Positions 1 through 15,475 of a stretch of 64,000 bases of DNA are shown in pieces. Positions within the stretch are counted from its first letter, which is position 1, and each line of letters opens with the position of its first letter. This stretch comes from the human T2T-CHM13v2.0 reference genome, Homo sapiens: assembly GCF_009914755.1 (NCBI RefSeq), contig NC_060941.1; one strand, given 5' to 3'. The notes below the pieces were generated by a model. It saw only the letters and a list, made by a program, of their open reading frames with translations. It ran no database searches and had not been told where the DNA came from. The position numbers and the translations under genes were made by a program.

Positions 1-800
<800 letters not shown>

Positions 801-1049
801 GGTGGCTTCAGCTGAAGATCTCTTTGCTGTCCCTCAGCCTTGCCTATATTCAAATCAAACTTCTGCCCAGCTAAAGTGCCATCTAAAGCCTCCAAAGTCA
901 ATCTGCCTAAAACTCCACGATAATGGCCTCCCATCTCACTTCTGTCTCCCCTGCTCCCTTCTGGCCTCTGCTCTATATACCTACTGAGACATCCTCAATG
1001 TGCAGATGCCTTTAGCTTTGCCTAGTCCAGTCTTTGTTACCACCATGCC

Positions 1050-1320
1050 TTTCCATTCCATCCTCCCAATCACATATTCACTGATATGTGTTTATCCTTC
1101 AGCTTTCAGTACATCCTTTGGAAAGCATTCACTGACTTTTCCAAGACTGGATCAAGTGCCTAAGCGCCCCATGTAAGACTATTGTAAGATGCCCACGCTG
1201 TTGGTCACTGACTGATTACTCATCCATGTTCCCGCTGGACTGTCAGCTCCCCAAGGGCAGGGACTGTGTCTTCCTCAGAGTTGAATCTGCAGGATCAGCA
1301 CAGTTCTCAGCCAAACCAGC
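1050..1320 (+). mobile_element. L2 3' fragment
   Basis: ctggactgtcagctccccaagggcagggactgtgtc...agcacag is typical of the L2 3' end. Confidence 0.6.
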
Positions 1321-2016
1321 TCCTCATCCTATGCCATAGAAGGCATGCACACTTTGTACTTAGAGCCACTGCTCTCCCTAGCCTGAGCCTCTAAATGCAG
1401 GTGGATGGACCTCCTGAGAAACCGGGTGCCTGAATTTAGATAAAAAGAGTTCAGAGGCAGGAACAAAAAGTATTGCCTCCAGAGACCTTTCCCATGTGGA
1501 CTTTGAATGCTCATAGCTACATCCCCCCTTTATTTCTCCGATCAACTTGGATCTCTATCCCTTAAAATTCACTTAGCACTTTATGTACTATGGGAAAGAA
1601 AGTGGGCTTTGCAGTGAAGCCTGGTTTTGTGTCTCATAGTGTTCTGCTTACCAGAGTCTTGGACAAAACGGTAGGAAAACAGTCTTCCTCTTTCAATCAA
1701 GCAGGATGGGATGAATCTCCTCTCAATACAGCATGCATGCCTGGCTGAGGTTTACAATGCTATTTCTCTATTCTAGTTCTACTAACATTTCACTGAGATT
1801 TGTGGGCATAAAGATTTATGGAAAAAAATCTAAAAAATAAATCTCCATTTAGCATAGAGATGGCAAGTAAGATACTTTGTTTGCCTTTGCTCCATCAGAG
1901 TTCTGCTAGTGAACACACCACTTGCAAAGCCTGCAGCATCTCCTATTTTGCTTTCTCACAGCAGAGGAATCCACGGTCATGCCAACCTAGTTCTAGCCCT
2001 AATGGTGTTAAAGGAT

Positions 2017-2213
2017 CAGTGGTTCTCAATCAATGGAGTGCTTCAGGATCTTCCGGGCTGCTTGTTAAAATGCAGGTTGCTACACCAGCCGCACCCAGAC
2101 CCCACTAAGTTTTGAATCAGGAGGTCTGGATTGAGAATGAATAATTTGCATCTCTAACAATTTCACAGTGATGTTGATGCTGCTTATCTGGGGACTACAC
2201 TTTGAGAAGCTGT
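2017..2213. mobile_element. MER5A (hAT-Charlie MITE)
   Basis: cagtggttctcaa start, cttgttaaaatgcag and tttgcatctctaacaa internal motifs, cactttgagaa end. Confidence 0.85.
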
Positions 2214-2860
2214 ATTCTAGAGAAAGCTCAACGTTGAAGCACCAGCCCCGATCAGGAAACAGAAGCTAATGCCTCCTCCTTATGGACAGATGAGGGGCAT
2301 TTTCTCCCTGTCCAACATTCTTATGACATACTAGAGCTCCTCTATCTGGGACCCTGTCACCAAGGGTTCACAGCATTTTCAAAGCCAAGCTAAGTTACAT
2401 TTAAATTACAAAATATGCCTACGTTATTTATTACTTTGAGGGGGGTAAAAGAAGATTAGAAATGAGGCAAGGTTTCAAAAACCAGGGAAGCAAGAATGTG
2501 TTAAAGACTTTAGAGTTACTAGGAAGCCCAGTCAAACAGAAACAGCTCTAATGAAGGGTTTTTTTTTTTTTCCTTCTTGATGTTTTGGTTAAATTTGGTT
2601 ATGAAGGTTATAAAAAATGAATAAGACCTGACCCCAACTCTCCAGGGGCACATAGACCAGCTGGAAGGCTGACATAAGAATAAAGCAGAAGGAAGTATGC
2701 TGTGCGAGAGAGGCAGGCAGAAGGCTGTTAGAGCTCAGGGAGGAAGGGGCTGACTCAACCCAGTGATAGCACAGGAGAAAGAACTCGGCTCTCATTAGCG
2801 TCTTTGCTTAGGACTGTATGTGTCCTATCACATTGAATTTAATCCTCCAAACACCTCGTG

Positions 2861-2876
2861 GGGTCAGTTGGGGTCA
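2861..2876 (+). promoter_or_regulatory. DR4 nuclear-receptor motif (LXR/TR type)
   Basis: GGGTCA-gttg-GGGTCA: two perfect RGGTCA half-sites with a 4-nt spacer; function unverified. Confidence 0.4.
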
Positions 2877-3378
2877 GTTATTTGTGAATCTTAGTGTCAG
2901 ATCTTTGGGTAGTTTGAGTGGCCCTTTGACATATGAGGGTAATTGAAAGAAAGTAATGAACCACTTACCTGGCTGAACTTGAACTTGAATTTGGAGTTTT
3001 ATTATTCTTGGGAAGCCTTGGGATCATACCAAAAATAAAGCCATTTAATATCTTAAATCTGCCTCAAAGGTTTGCATTGTTTGCCATGGGCTAAACATAG
3101 AACAAAAAACACCTCCCCCCAGCACAGTTCTAAACTGTATCTCCCCCCACCAACCCCTGGGGACCAGCGCTGGAAGCAAACTTCACCCTTAGTCTGTGGG
3201 AACGTGTGTGTTCTTCTGTGAGCCTGTGCTGTGTTCTGACACCCCACCCACACCCACTGGGGTCCTAGGCTTTACTGAACGCCTGTCTCCCATATTCAGG
3301 CGTCAGAAACTCAGCAGACAAACCCCTCAAATCATATTACAGTCTACAGGCAACCAGCAGAAAACGGGATTGGGGGTA

Positions 3379-3388
3379 TGCTGAGTCA
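3379..3388. promoter_or_regulatory. MARE/ARE (NRF2/BACH/NF-E2) motif with embedded AP-1
   Basis: TGCTGAGTCA, followed directly by a (GA)n tract. Confidence 0.35.
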
Positions 3389-3407
3389 GAGAGAGAGAGA
3401 GAGAGAG
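3388..3407. repeat. (GA)n microsatellite
   Basis: agagagagagagagagagag. Confidence 0.9.
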
Positions 3408-5535
3408 GTGATTGCTTTGTGACCTCAAATAACAGACGAGTACAGGCAGGCAAGAGACATTGCTTTGCTTATTTTATTTCTGGAGTGACCAACAGCTCAG
3501 ACCCCTCATCCTGAATCAGGAGCAGGGAATGCTCCCCCACCATCCCCGATTCTGATGGAGAGCACCCCAACAACGTCCACTTCACAGATGAGGGACATGA
3601 GGCACCGAGATGATTTAGGTTTTTTTCTAGTCACACAGGCTGTGTGACTCGGTCACTACGGCATGCTGCTCCTCAAAGAAACTGAGGTCCCCCAGTGAAT
3701 AAGCTGTCTCCCACAGCTCAGAGGGCTCCTATTGCCTTGGTTGTTAAATCATTTTTCCCTTCTCAACAAGCCACAGAAAGCTCTGTCACTGTGCCCTTCA
3801 GGTCTCCAAGGTGAATAATTAAATAATTGTGGCTGCCTAACACCTGCTATGTCTCTGAAAAAGGGTTGTGAAGCGAACAACTTAAATTGCTTAAATGTAT
3901 TTGCACACACCTGCACACACCCACATGTACGCTCATGCACGTGCACACCATTACCTGCTGGGTGGATCTCGCCTCTGTTCCAGGTCCTTCACTAAGCCAT
4001 AACCCCTGCCACATGCTCCATGTTCCTTCACCTTGAGTATTTTTTCAGCCCCTCCCAGGATAACCTACTGAAAGCCTCCTTTGTCTACTCATTGCAGTCT
4101 TACCTTGGTGTTTCTCTTGCATCTTGAAGGTCCTTCCAGGTGTCTGCCTTCTGATCGTCTACCTGGTCCCTTGAAGCATCACCTCCTCCGGGAAGCCTTC
4201 CTCCCATACTCACAGGAATGATGTGTCTGCCCTGGCCCTCACCCCGTCAGGGCTGGTCCAAACTGAAAACTCCTATTCATTTCTTACAATCGCCTTAGGA
4301 TTTTTACCAGCCCAGACTTCATAAAGTCCTGTCACCAGTTAGAGGAATGAGGTGTCTCATGTAGCCCTTTCAGCAGGAACTCCGGATTTGTCAAAATTGA
4401 ACCATTAAAATAAGATCATTAAAAAGAAAAAAAAATTTCAGGTGTTGAAGCAAACCATTTCCGACCACAGAGTCAAATAGCTGTGCAGGTATAAATGATG
4501 CCAGATTTGGTTCAAACTCATGGACATTTTTTATTCTATAGGATTTTTAAAAATCCTTTTTTTTTTTTTTAAACACTGGAGTTTGGGGGTGGAGGGGATG
4601 AGAGTAGGAGGAAAAAGCACAGGAAATGTAAAGGATTCTGGAATTTCAAATGTATGGGGAAGACAAGTAACTTCCCCAAATCTATGCAGAAGGTAGTGGC
4701 TGGAAGGGAAATTAAATAATTAAGTGGACCACCTGCAGAAAATGGGGACCAGAGGAAAAACACTCCATTGGCACAAATAGAAACCACACATTTCTAAAAG
4801 CTTCCATCAGTGGATCGTTAAGCCTTCTGAGCCGCTAGTTTCAGGTTTGGATATCTTGGCAACCATTGATGGGAAGCGTGCCAAGGCCCAGGCACCCGGG
4901 CTAGAAGCTTACTCTGCAACTCCTGGCAGACACCTTTACTCCTACGCGAGAGATCTGGTGAGTGTTAAGGAAGAAAAGTACTTGTGTCAAAGCTAAGAAA
5001 ACCAGTTGCACTTCCAAAGCTAAGCCGCATGCAAACGCTGGTTTGTTTTCTGAGAGCCTAGAGCAATTTCCACACCAGTGAAAATATCCTGGAGATGAAG
5101 GAGAAATGAGGCCGCTCTGCCAGCCACGTCCACCCAGTACCAAAAATTACTTGTGCTTTAGAGTTGATTACATGGTTCCCATTTGTATTTACACTTTGGG
5201 ATGGGTATTACCCGTAATTTACAAGACAGTCACTGGACACTCAGTTTAAATCATTTCCCAGATAATTACAATTAATAATAATAATAATGCCCAGTATTTA
5301 TCAAACACTTTCTATGCCCCAGACACTATGCTAAGAACTTAATGCACATGATCTCATTGATTAGTCACAAAATCATCCTTGTTAGTCCTACCCTCAAAGT
5401 CTGGAATTCCCTTCCTCTGTTTTCTTGCATCACGTGACTCACATCTTACTTCTTTGGTGGTTTCCTCCTCTGTTTAGATAAAATCCAAAGTCTTCATCAT
5501 AGCATCCAAGGCTTGCCATAATCAGTTCACGATGT

Positions 5536-6250
<715 letters not shown>

Positions 6251-7805
6251 ATGTCAAGCACTTTCCTGCCTCAGGGACTTTGTATTTATTTGCTCTTCCC
6301 TCTCTCCTGAGACACACTCACACACAAACATCACACTAATTACTAATTTTCACTCATTCTTTGTATCTTGGAGTAAATATCACTTCTCCAAAAATCCTTT
6401 GCCTGGCCCTTTTATCTGAATCAAGTTCCTGTCTTGTGAGCTCTCCAAACACCCTGTACTTTTCCTTCAGAGCACGTGTCTGTTTGTAATATTTTACTTA
6501 CTTGCTTGGTTTTATCTTTCCAATCTGTTCATCTGGGGCAAGGGACTGGGAGTCTTTTGTTCACCACTGTATGTAACCTCATTACTTGGCTGTACTTGGC
6601 ATATAGTAAGTGTTAAATAATTATTTATCAAACAAATAAGAACAGCATTTTGAAGCAGAAGCTGTCATTAACAAACTAATTTTTAACTGCACAAAGAAAA
6701 TCAGTAAAACTATAGTTCTGCAATGGTATTGGTTTTTATATTGGTTTCTGGGGTGCTGGTGAATGTTTAATAAGATTTTAAAGAAGAAGGAAAAGAGAAA
6801 GAAAGAAGCTCCTATGGAGCACTTGCCTATCTCTGTGGTGGAAATACTTCCTCTGTGTTAGGCCCCAGTGTGCTGTCAGCTTGGGAAGAGGTGCATACAC
6901 ATGGCTCTTGAGAGCTGGGACAAGATGGCCCCAGCATATCTCAGGTCTAGAAAACCTGATCAATTACATCATTCACTGGGAGGTAGAGAATTTCATTTAA
7001 GAAATTGAGTTCCTGTTTTTCACACATTTGCTTTGAGTTGACTACATTACCATTTCTGCTGCAAGTTAGACCAGAACTTCTCACCTGCAGCCCATGGTGA
7101 GGGCTCTGTGTGGGTGAGACATGCATCCCTTCAGCCCATGGGGTGGCGTTAGACTCCAGGCTGGTCCTCTCTGGCCAAAGTGCACTTACCTGAGCACATA
7201 CACATGTTTTTGTTTTTTATGTGTGTGAGAACATGGAAGGAGGTTGCAAAGCAAAATAAATGAGGTGGGCAGAGGGGGAAGCAGTATTCCAGGTAACCAG
7301 GCTTCCTCCAGCTCTTCTTCTTTTATGCTAGTGGGCAAAGAGAGGGGAGAATGGGCCCACTGTGTTTTAGAGGCTGCTCCCCAGGCCTCTATTTGCGTGC
7401 TGCCTACATGCCTCCAGTCATTTATATCCCCCCAAACAACCACAACCCTGCTCAAGCTGGCACATAAACTTGCATCGTGTTTCCAAGAAACAGCTGAGAA
7501 GGCTTGGAAAGGGCTCCCTCCTCTCTCATGAGGGTTAGGGATAGAGACCATTTCCATTTTACAGACAAGAACGTTAACACATAGAGAGATTACATTATTC
7601 AAGCAAACATACGTCTTGGCTTAGTGGCGGATCCAGGGGTTGAGTATGTTACTGTGTTACTGTTTCTTAATCTTCTTGCCCAAGGCACAGATCACTAAAT
7701 ATTTCATATAGCACTCCCCACCTCACCAAACTAGCAGAATAAAGCAAAATCTTCCAAACCCTCACAGACTTTTCTTTTTCTACCTTTTGTCCCATATGAA
7801 AATCA

Positions 7806-8042
<237 letters not shown>

Positions 8043-8109
8043 TTATTTCACATCCCCATAGAACAGAAAAGATATTCTAAAATGGTAGGTATTTGTTGAT
8101 AGACTCATG

Positions 8110-8183
8110 GAGTCATTAATAAGATAATTTATATTCACATTTACTCACTGAGTCATTAATAAGATAATTTATATTGACATTTA
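8110..8183. repeat. 40-bp-period tandem duplication
   Basis: gagtcattaataagataatttatatt(c/g)acattta at 8110 and 8150. Confidence 0.9.
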
Positions 8184-9752
8184 TGTATTTATTATCACAA
8201 TAAAATGATTTTAACGCTACTTAACCCCTCTTTACACTTTGTTAAAAATATTATTTCCACATCAGCCTTTTTTTTGGAATTTTCTTTTTCCCAAAACATG
8301 TATTGAATAAACACACACACACACATACACAGAGAGAGAGAAAGCCACAAAAATATAAACACAAATAGCTTAGTGAATTACTAAAAGGTTAACATCCCTG
8401 TAAAACATCACCCAAGTCTAAAGACAGATTTGCCAGCCCCCCACCCCAACCACCCCCAAGCTACTGCATGAGCACCTTCCACTCCTGGCCCCCTGCCTCC
8501 CTATAAAAGAAATCACTATCTTCATCTTATAGAACACATTTCATCACATTTCCTTATGGAAAAGTGTGTCCCGACACTAGAATTTAGTTTTCCCCATTGC
8601 AAACATACACACACACCAACCATTGGTCACTTTCGTTTACTTAAAATTTATCTGCCGAAGAAGCCCTTTAACCTGAATGTCTCATGGTCTGCACTTTGCT
8701 GAGGGCACACTCCTGGTGTGTTCACCACGTTCCTGTACTGCCCGGATCTCCAGCACATCAGTAGCTCCATCCAAAGGTTTGCTGGAACTCAGGCTCCATC
8801 TCTTCGGCAGTAGGAAAGTCTCCAAGAAGAAAAGGAATTTGGGAATAGGGCGTATGACTGAGCTATTGTGAAAACTAACGAGGACATGATAAAGGCAAAC
8901 AAATGGAGAAAAAAGTAGGCGATTAGATCCTCTGGAAAACACAACAAAGAACGCACACACACAAAAACCAAACCGACCAAAAGGCCATGATCCAACAACA
9001 GTGAAACAAACTTAAATGTGGTATGATTTTTAAGCAATTGATGGAATCTAAGATAAAAGAGCTCATTGGACTTTAGGAATATTCCATTTTTAGTGGGCCA
9101 GGAATTATGACTCTGGGCTTATTGAAATGGAAACACAATCCCATGTGATTTTATATATTTACCTAACTTCTGCCAACTCTGCTTTTACGGTGTCAAGATT
9201 GTTAACATTTACCTTCTCTCCTGCAGTCTCCACATGCTTTTGCATAAAGCACGGAAAGCTTCATTGAGGTTGTAGGCGCAAAGGTAAACGTTAACAACCT
9301 TGAAACAGTGAGAGTAAAAGTGGAATTGACAGAAAGTGGATAATGGGAGTGTGGGTAAGGAAGGTGGGGGAACTCGCCTCACTTTACTAAGTAGGGTGTT
9401 CATGTACACTGTCTAAAGTTGATTTCTTGAGAAATAGAGAAATGTTTGAATATATTATTTTAAAATAGAATGTAGCACATATGAGAACCAAATATTAAAA
9501 TTCACATGTCAAATATTGAAGAATGAGGATGGTATTACAAGTGACTAAATATTCATCTCACATGAGGGAGTCTGTGGATATTGTCAAAATATTTTAATCG
9601 ACAAACGAGAGATACACGCATTCAATTTGAAGTTTTGAAGACATTAAGAACCGAAGGAGTAAATAAAATTCGTCCCTGCAGAGTAGGACATAGAAGGAGG
9701 AATGAGGTCCTTGGCTTCTATCACAGAAGATTCTGTGCTGCTTAACTGTTAT

Positions 9753-10218
9753 TATCTTAGTTTGGGTCCCCCTAGAAGTAAACCTTGAACCAGGATTTGG
9801 AGGCACGCTGTCTATTGAGTGGTGCAGGGCACAGCTGCCAGGGAGGAGAGGAAATGATATAATGCAGGATGAGAACCAGAAAGACTCGGTTATTAAACCA
9901 GCACACCACAGCAAACAAGGAAAATTCATTCCAAAGAGAAACCGGAAAACATCTTATACATACCCCCCACTGAGAAGCAAGGGAGCTGGGGGCTATTTCT
10001 ATGCCAATCCCTATCAGCTGTTAGCTGAGGGTGACTCCCAGAGTGTTGTTAATTTCCCAGCAACTGTGGCCCACGATTCTAGGACAGCCTGCAGTGGTTC
10101 TAGGAAGAATGCGCTCAGGCGCAGAGATGGGGATGGTGCCAGTCAGCAGTGTTGGGGACCACATGGAAATGGTGTGGATGCATAGATATTGGGTGGGGCA
10201 CGGACAGCATCTGCTACA
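9753..10218 (-). mobile_element. LTR16-family solo LTR (ERVL)
   Basis: Minus strand starts TGTAGCAGATGCTGTCCGTGCCCCACCC; the other end reads tatcttagtttgggtccccctagaag on plus. Confidence 0.7.
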
Positions 10219-10319
10219 ACTACCCTGTGTGCATATTAATCTTAGGGGGACACAGGGAAAACTTCCCCATCACCCTCTGAAGGTTTGCTGAAAATTACTG
10301 ATAAAAGGCAAATTAATAG

Positions 10320-10661
<342 letters not shown>

Positions 10662-10767
10662 TAGCACACGAGCACACGAATTTATGTGATCACAGTTTTA
10701 TGTGACAGATGGAACTGTCCATTTTTATTCTTAGGCTCAACAAAGTATGGACAACCGTATAGAAATT

Positions 10768-11278
<511 letters not shown>

Positions 11279-11597
11279 TTACATAGAAAAGCAGATGGAA
11301 AGTTAGAATAATAATTTTAGGTTTTATGGCTGTATTTGGGGAAAAAGCATTCTGAACTGTGAGCTGCCTTGGAGAAGAAGGATTCTAGTTTCTACTGTTA
11401 ACCTCCGGGAAGAATGAAGAGCCAGAGACAGGTGGGTAGGAGAAGGTCAGAGAAAAACTTCAGCTTCTGAGGCCTCATTTTAGGTATCATTTCCTGAGCC
11501 CAGACCCTTTGATACAAAAACAATTAAAAAGAAGTAACGAAATGTATTGTAAAATTTCTTGTGTATCCATGCAAAGAAGTGAACATTTATTGTGCAT

Positions 11598-11985
11598 TGT
11601 TGTTGTTGTTTTATTTTATTATTATTATACTTTAAGTTTTAGGGTACATGTGCACAATGTGCAGGTTAGTTACATATGTATACATGTGCCATGCTTGTGT
11701 GCTGCACCCATTAACTCGTCCTTTAGCATTAGGTATATCTCCTAATGCTATCCCTCCCCCCTCCCCCCACCCCACAACAGTCCCCAGAATGTGATGTTCC
11801 CCTTCCTGTGTCCATGTGTTCTCATTGTTCAGTTCCCACCTATGAGTGAGAACATGCAGTGTTTGGTTTTTTGTCCTTGCGATAGTTTACTGAGAATGAT
11901 GATTTCCAATTTCATCCATGTCCCTACAAAGGACATGAACTCATCATTTTTTATGGCTGCATAGTATTCCATGGTGTATATGTGC
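11598..11985 (-). mobile_element. Young L1PA (PA2/PA3-like) 3' end, 5'-truncated
   Basis: ttatactttaagttttagggtacatgtgcac...gatgatttccaatttcatccatgtccctacaaagg; sense GAG rather than ACA at the Ta-diagnostic site, so not L1HS-Ta. Confidence 0.92.
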
Positions 11986-12579
11986 ACATTGTTTATGTAC
12001 CAGAAATCATGCCAAACCGGATCATTTATATTGTCTCAATTCTTATTACAACTATGTTGTGTCTATTGTTATCTATTTCAGATAAGGTAAAGGTGGCTCA
12101 TAGAATCTTAGTATTACTAGGAACTTCAGTTTCTAAGTTAATTCATCATATGTAAAAATAAACAAATATTGAATTGGAAATGACACCAAAATTGACTGTA
12201 AATTTCTAATGCAGAAAATCCTAAGAACGATGAAATAGGATAGTGAGACTTACAGGAGGATAAAAAGATGATCGTTTTACTTGGGAAGATGCTGAGTGGG
12301 AGGATGGAAGGGTATTCATCAGATGTCCTGCCAGCAGCTGTGAATAGGGAGCTGTGATGGGTGAAGGGTCTTGTCTATAACATCATTCATAGGCTGTTCC
12401 CTCTGCCTGGAGTGCTTTACTCCCACATCTTTATTTTCCTGCGTGGCTCATTCTTCACAGCATTCAGACCTGTTTAAAACCCTCCTCCTTGGAAAGATCT
12501 TCCATAACCATGTCAACTAGAAGAACACATCCCAGCCCCACATTTCCACACTGTCCCAGGCCCCATTAATACCTGGCAT

Positions 12580-12822
12580 CTACCTCTGGTGGCCAATTTG
12601 AGAGGAGCGCTGATCTTCTGTGCATGAAAAAGCCAGCCTGAGGAAACCAGGGAACAAATGCACTATCTTCTTTCTTGCTCCAACCTTCCGTCTCTCCAGT
12701 TTCCCACTGGCTGTGTCCATTCAGAAGGCAATGCACAGGGGACTTCATTGATGCAGCCCATACAGGTCAGGCTCTTGGGTAGAAATTAGAGTAGAGAAGG
12801 GTAGAGAATAGGTGGGAAGGGG
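12580..12822 (-). mobile_element. LTR33-like ERVL LTR fragment
   Basis: ttgatgcagcccatacaggtcagg...agaagggtagagaatagg is the antisense of the LTR33 5' region. Confidence 0.55.
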
Positions 12823-13353
12823 TGTGATGGATTGCTTTAAGAATAGTCCTAATTCTCCACCTCTCTCTATATTCATAATCTAGGCAATTTGATTTTATAG
12901 CTCCACCCATCACAAAGTTGAATCTATTTTATTATTCCTTGAATCTGAGCTAATCTTTGACTTGCTTTGACCAACAGAAAATGATGGAAGCGATATTGTG
13001 CCATTTCCAAGCCCAAGCCTTAATGAAACTGTCCACATTCCCACATTCTCTCTTGGAACACTGCCTAGGACTTTGAGAACTAGCCTTGATAATCGACTAC
13101 CAGATGAGAGACCATGATAAGCAAAGATAAGCTCTCTAATTTGAGGCCATCACAGACTAGCCAGTCCTCAATCAACACAACAACCGACTGTAGTGCATGA
13201 GTGAGTCCAGCCATGACTAGAAGAGCTGCCCTGCTGAGCCCAGCTCAAACTGCTGACCCTCAGAATTATGTGCTAAATAAATATTTATTGCTTTAAATCA
13301 CTGGTTTGAGGGATGAGTTGCTATTCTGCATTATGGTACTAGATGACTAATAT
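12823..13353 (+). mobile_element. MLT1 (G/H-like) MaLR LTR
   Basis: tgtgatggatt start; gacttgctttgaccaacagaa; gagcccagctcaaactgctgaccctcagaattatg...aaataaa. Confidence 0.75.
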
Positions 13354-14136
13354 GGAGCACTGACACAGTCCTCAAAGAATATTTGTTAAGCAGAATGAAT
13401 GGCTTTTCTTTATTTCTTTATTTCCTATCTTTACATAATTTGGCAAAATTTGCTTTCACCAAACCAATATACACATATTATGCTTTACAATATCCATAAC
13501 TGTTTTTGTGGATATTTGGAACCTATATCACATTTCAATTGTTGCAGTGGGCTTCCCCCACTTAGAAGAAGACATTGCTTTGGGGTGTTAGGGCAACTTA
13601 AGTTCATTTTTATTCTCCCTCTATACTTATGATTAAGGTGATTCCTGAAGTTCTGAAAATTAACATATTTTCTGAAGATGATAAATAAGAAGAGCTAAAA
13701 GTCAGGAAATGAAACTTGAGGCATGTCCATGCTAGCTATGTACAGAGAGCAGAGGAAGGGATAACCAAGAAAGAGAGACTGAAGGCAGTCTTTGACTTAC
13801 CCGGTGACTGGGCCAAGGTAAAACTGCTTGTGGATGTCATTTGTCTCTATAGTTTCTAGGGGCTCAAAGCATCTAGAGTCATGAATATATTTAGACTGAG
13901 AGACCAAAGCAGGACAGTTTGAGGGAAAGCAGGAAACCCATTGCCCCTCTTATCTACACCAAGTCTCTGTATGATAAAGAGCTCCAAGCTCACACTTTTC
14001 TCTTGGTCTGGACTTTGGGTCTTCACATCATCATAGGTCAATTTCTTCCAGGTCTGGAGAAAGAGACTGCATCGGAAACAAGACAAAAAGTCTGGGTGAA
14101 AAATGAACACATTTAGTCAATCACTAAATTGCTAGG

Positions 14137-14517
14137 TATATTAGTCTGTTATTACATTTCTCTAAAGAACTACCTAAGACTGCATAATTTATAAAGAAAA
14201 GAAGTTTAAGCGGCTCATGGTTCCTCAGGCTGTTCAGGAAGCATGGCTGCCGGGAGCCTCAGGAAACTTACAATCATGGCGGAAAGTGAAGGGGAAACAG
14301 GCACATCCTACGTGGCTGGAGCAGAAAGGAGAGAACTGGGAGGTGCTACGCACTTTTAAATAACCAGATCTCTAGAGAGCTCACTCACTTTCATGAGAAC
14401 AGCAAGGGGAAAGGGTGCCCCCATGATCCAATCACCTCCTACCTGGCCCCTCCTCCAACATTGGGGATTACAATTTGACATGAGATTTGGGCAGGGGCAC
14501 AAGTTGAAACCATTTCA
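14137..14517 (-). mobile_element. MSTA/THE1D-type MaLR solo LTR
   Basis: tattagtctgtt...aatttataaagaaaagaagtttaa...aaaccatttca; 5-bp TSD ctagg/ccagg. Confidence 0.88.
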
Positions 14518-14749
14518 CCAGGCCTCCATGCCAAACTGCTCAGCGCTGAGGAGCATCTAAGTAATCAATCATTGTACACTTTTCATCTAGAAATGCTGGT
14601 AGATGTAGCACTGACCAAAGACATCGAGAGGCTGCAGATCAATTCACCATTACAGCTTTGGGAAGCCCAACCCCATGAGGTCTATGACCACATGAAGTCC
14701 ATTCTAGAAGGGTAGATTTGAAAAGGAACTCATATGCAATCTAGGATAA

Positions 14750-14880
14750 CTCTTTTATTTTGTAGATAAAGAAGCTGAGGTCCAGAGAAGGGGTGTTACT
14801 TGGCTAAGTCCACACAGCTACTTGATGACTTACCCTGGTTTAGACACTAGCCCTCTGGACTCCTATATACTTTGTTCCAT
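14750..14880 (-). mobile_element. MIR
   Basis: attttgtagataaagaagctgaggtccagagaaggg...cacacagcta. Confidence 0.7.
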
Positions 14881-15154
14881 TTCTCCATTTTCTCCTTTAT
14901 TTAGAGGCAAAAGAAAACTTTCCAACTTATGCCTCAACCAAAAATAAATGAGTAAAAACCCCTCAAATAGGTAAGGTCATTTGTACAACACTTTATGGCT
15001 TATTCTGTGCTTCACCAAATGCTTTTTGGAGCATCGCAATACTTGGAGCAGACAGCAGCTAATTGTATGCTTACTTACAGATGAAATTACATGATGGTCC
15101 TGCAATCGGAAAATGACAAAGCTGGCATTGGAAACCAGATCTTTTCCTTGCATT

Positions 15155-15475
15155 TCTTTTTTTCTTTTCTTTTGTATCGCTCATTTTTTAGAGATTGTGT
15201 CACCCAGGGTGACTTGCTTGCTCTGTCGCCCAAGCTGGAGTGCAGTGGTGCCATCTTAGCTCACTGCAGCCTCTAACTCCTGGGCTCAGGAGATCCTCCT
15301 GCCTCAGCTTCCCAAGTAGCTGAGACTACAGGCACACACCACCATACCTGGCTAATTTTTTGTTTTTTTATAGAGACGGGGTCTTGCTATGTAGGCCCAG
15401 GCTGGTTTCAAGCAGTCTTCCTGCCTCAGCCTCCCAAAGTGTTGGGATTACAGGCGTGAGCCACTGTGCCTGGCC
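15155..15475 (-). mobile_element. AluJ
   Basis: Antisense J-type Alu; TSD tgcattt(c/a)tttt. Confidence 0.92.

Noticed and set aside
15199-15213. Perfect small palindrome gtcaccc-a-gggtgac at an AluJ 3' end
   Set aside because: 7-bp arms are too short to be meaningful; likely a local template-switch scar.
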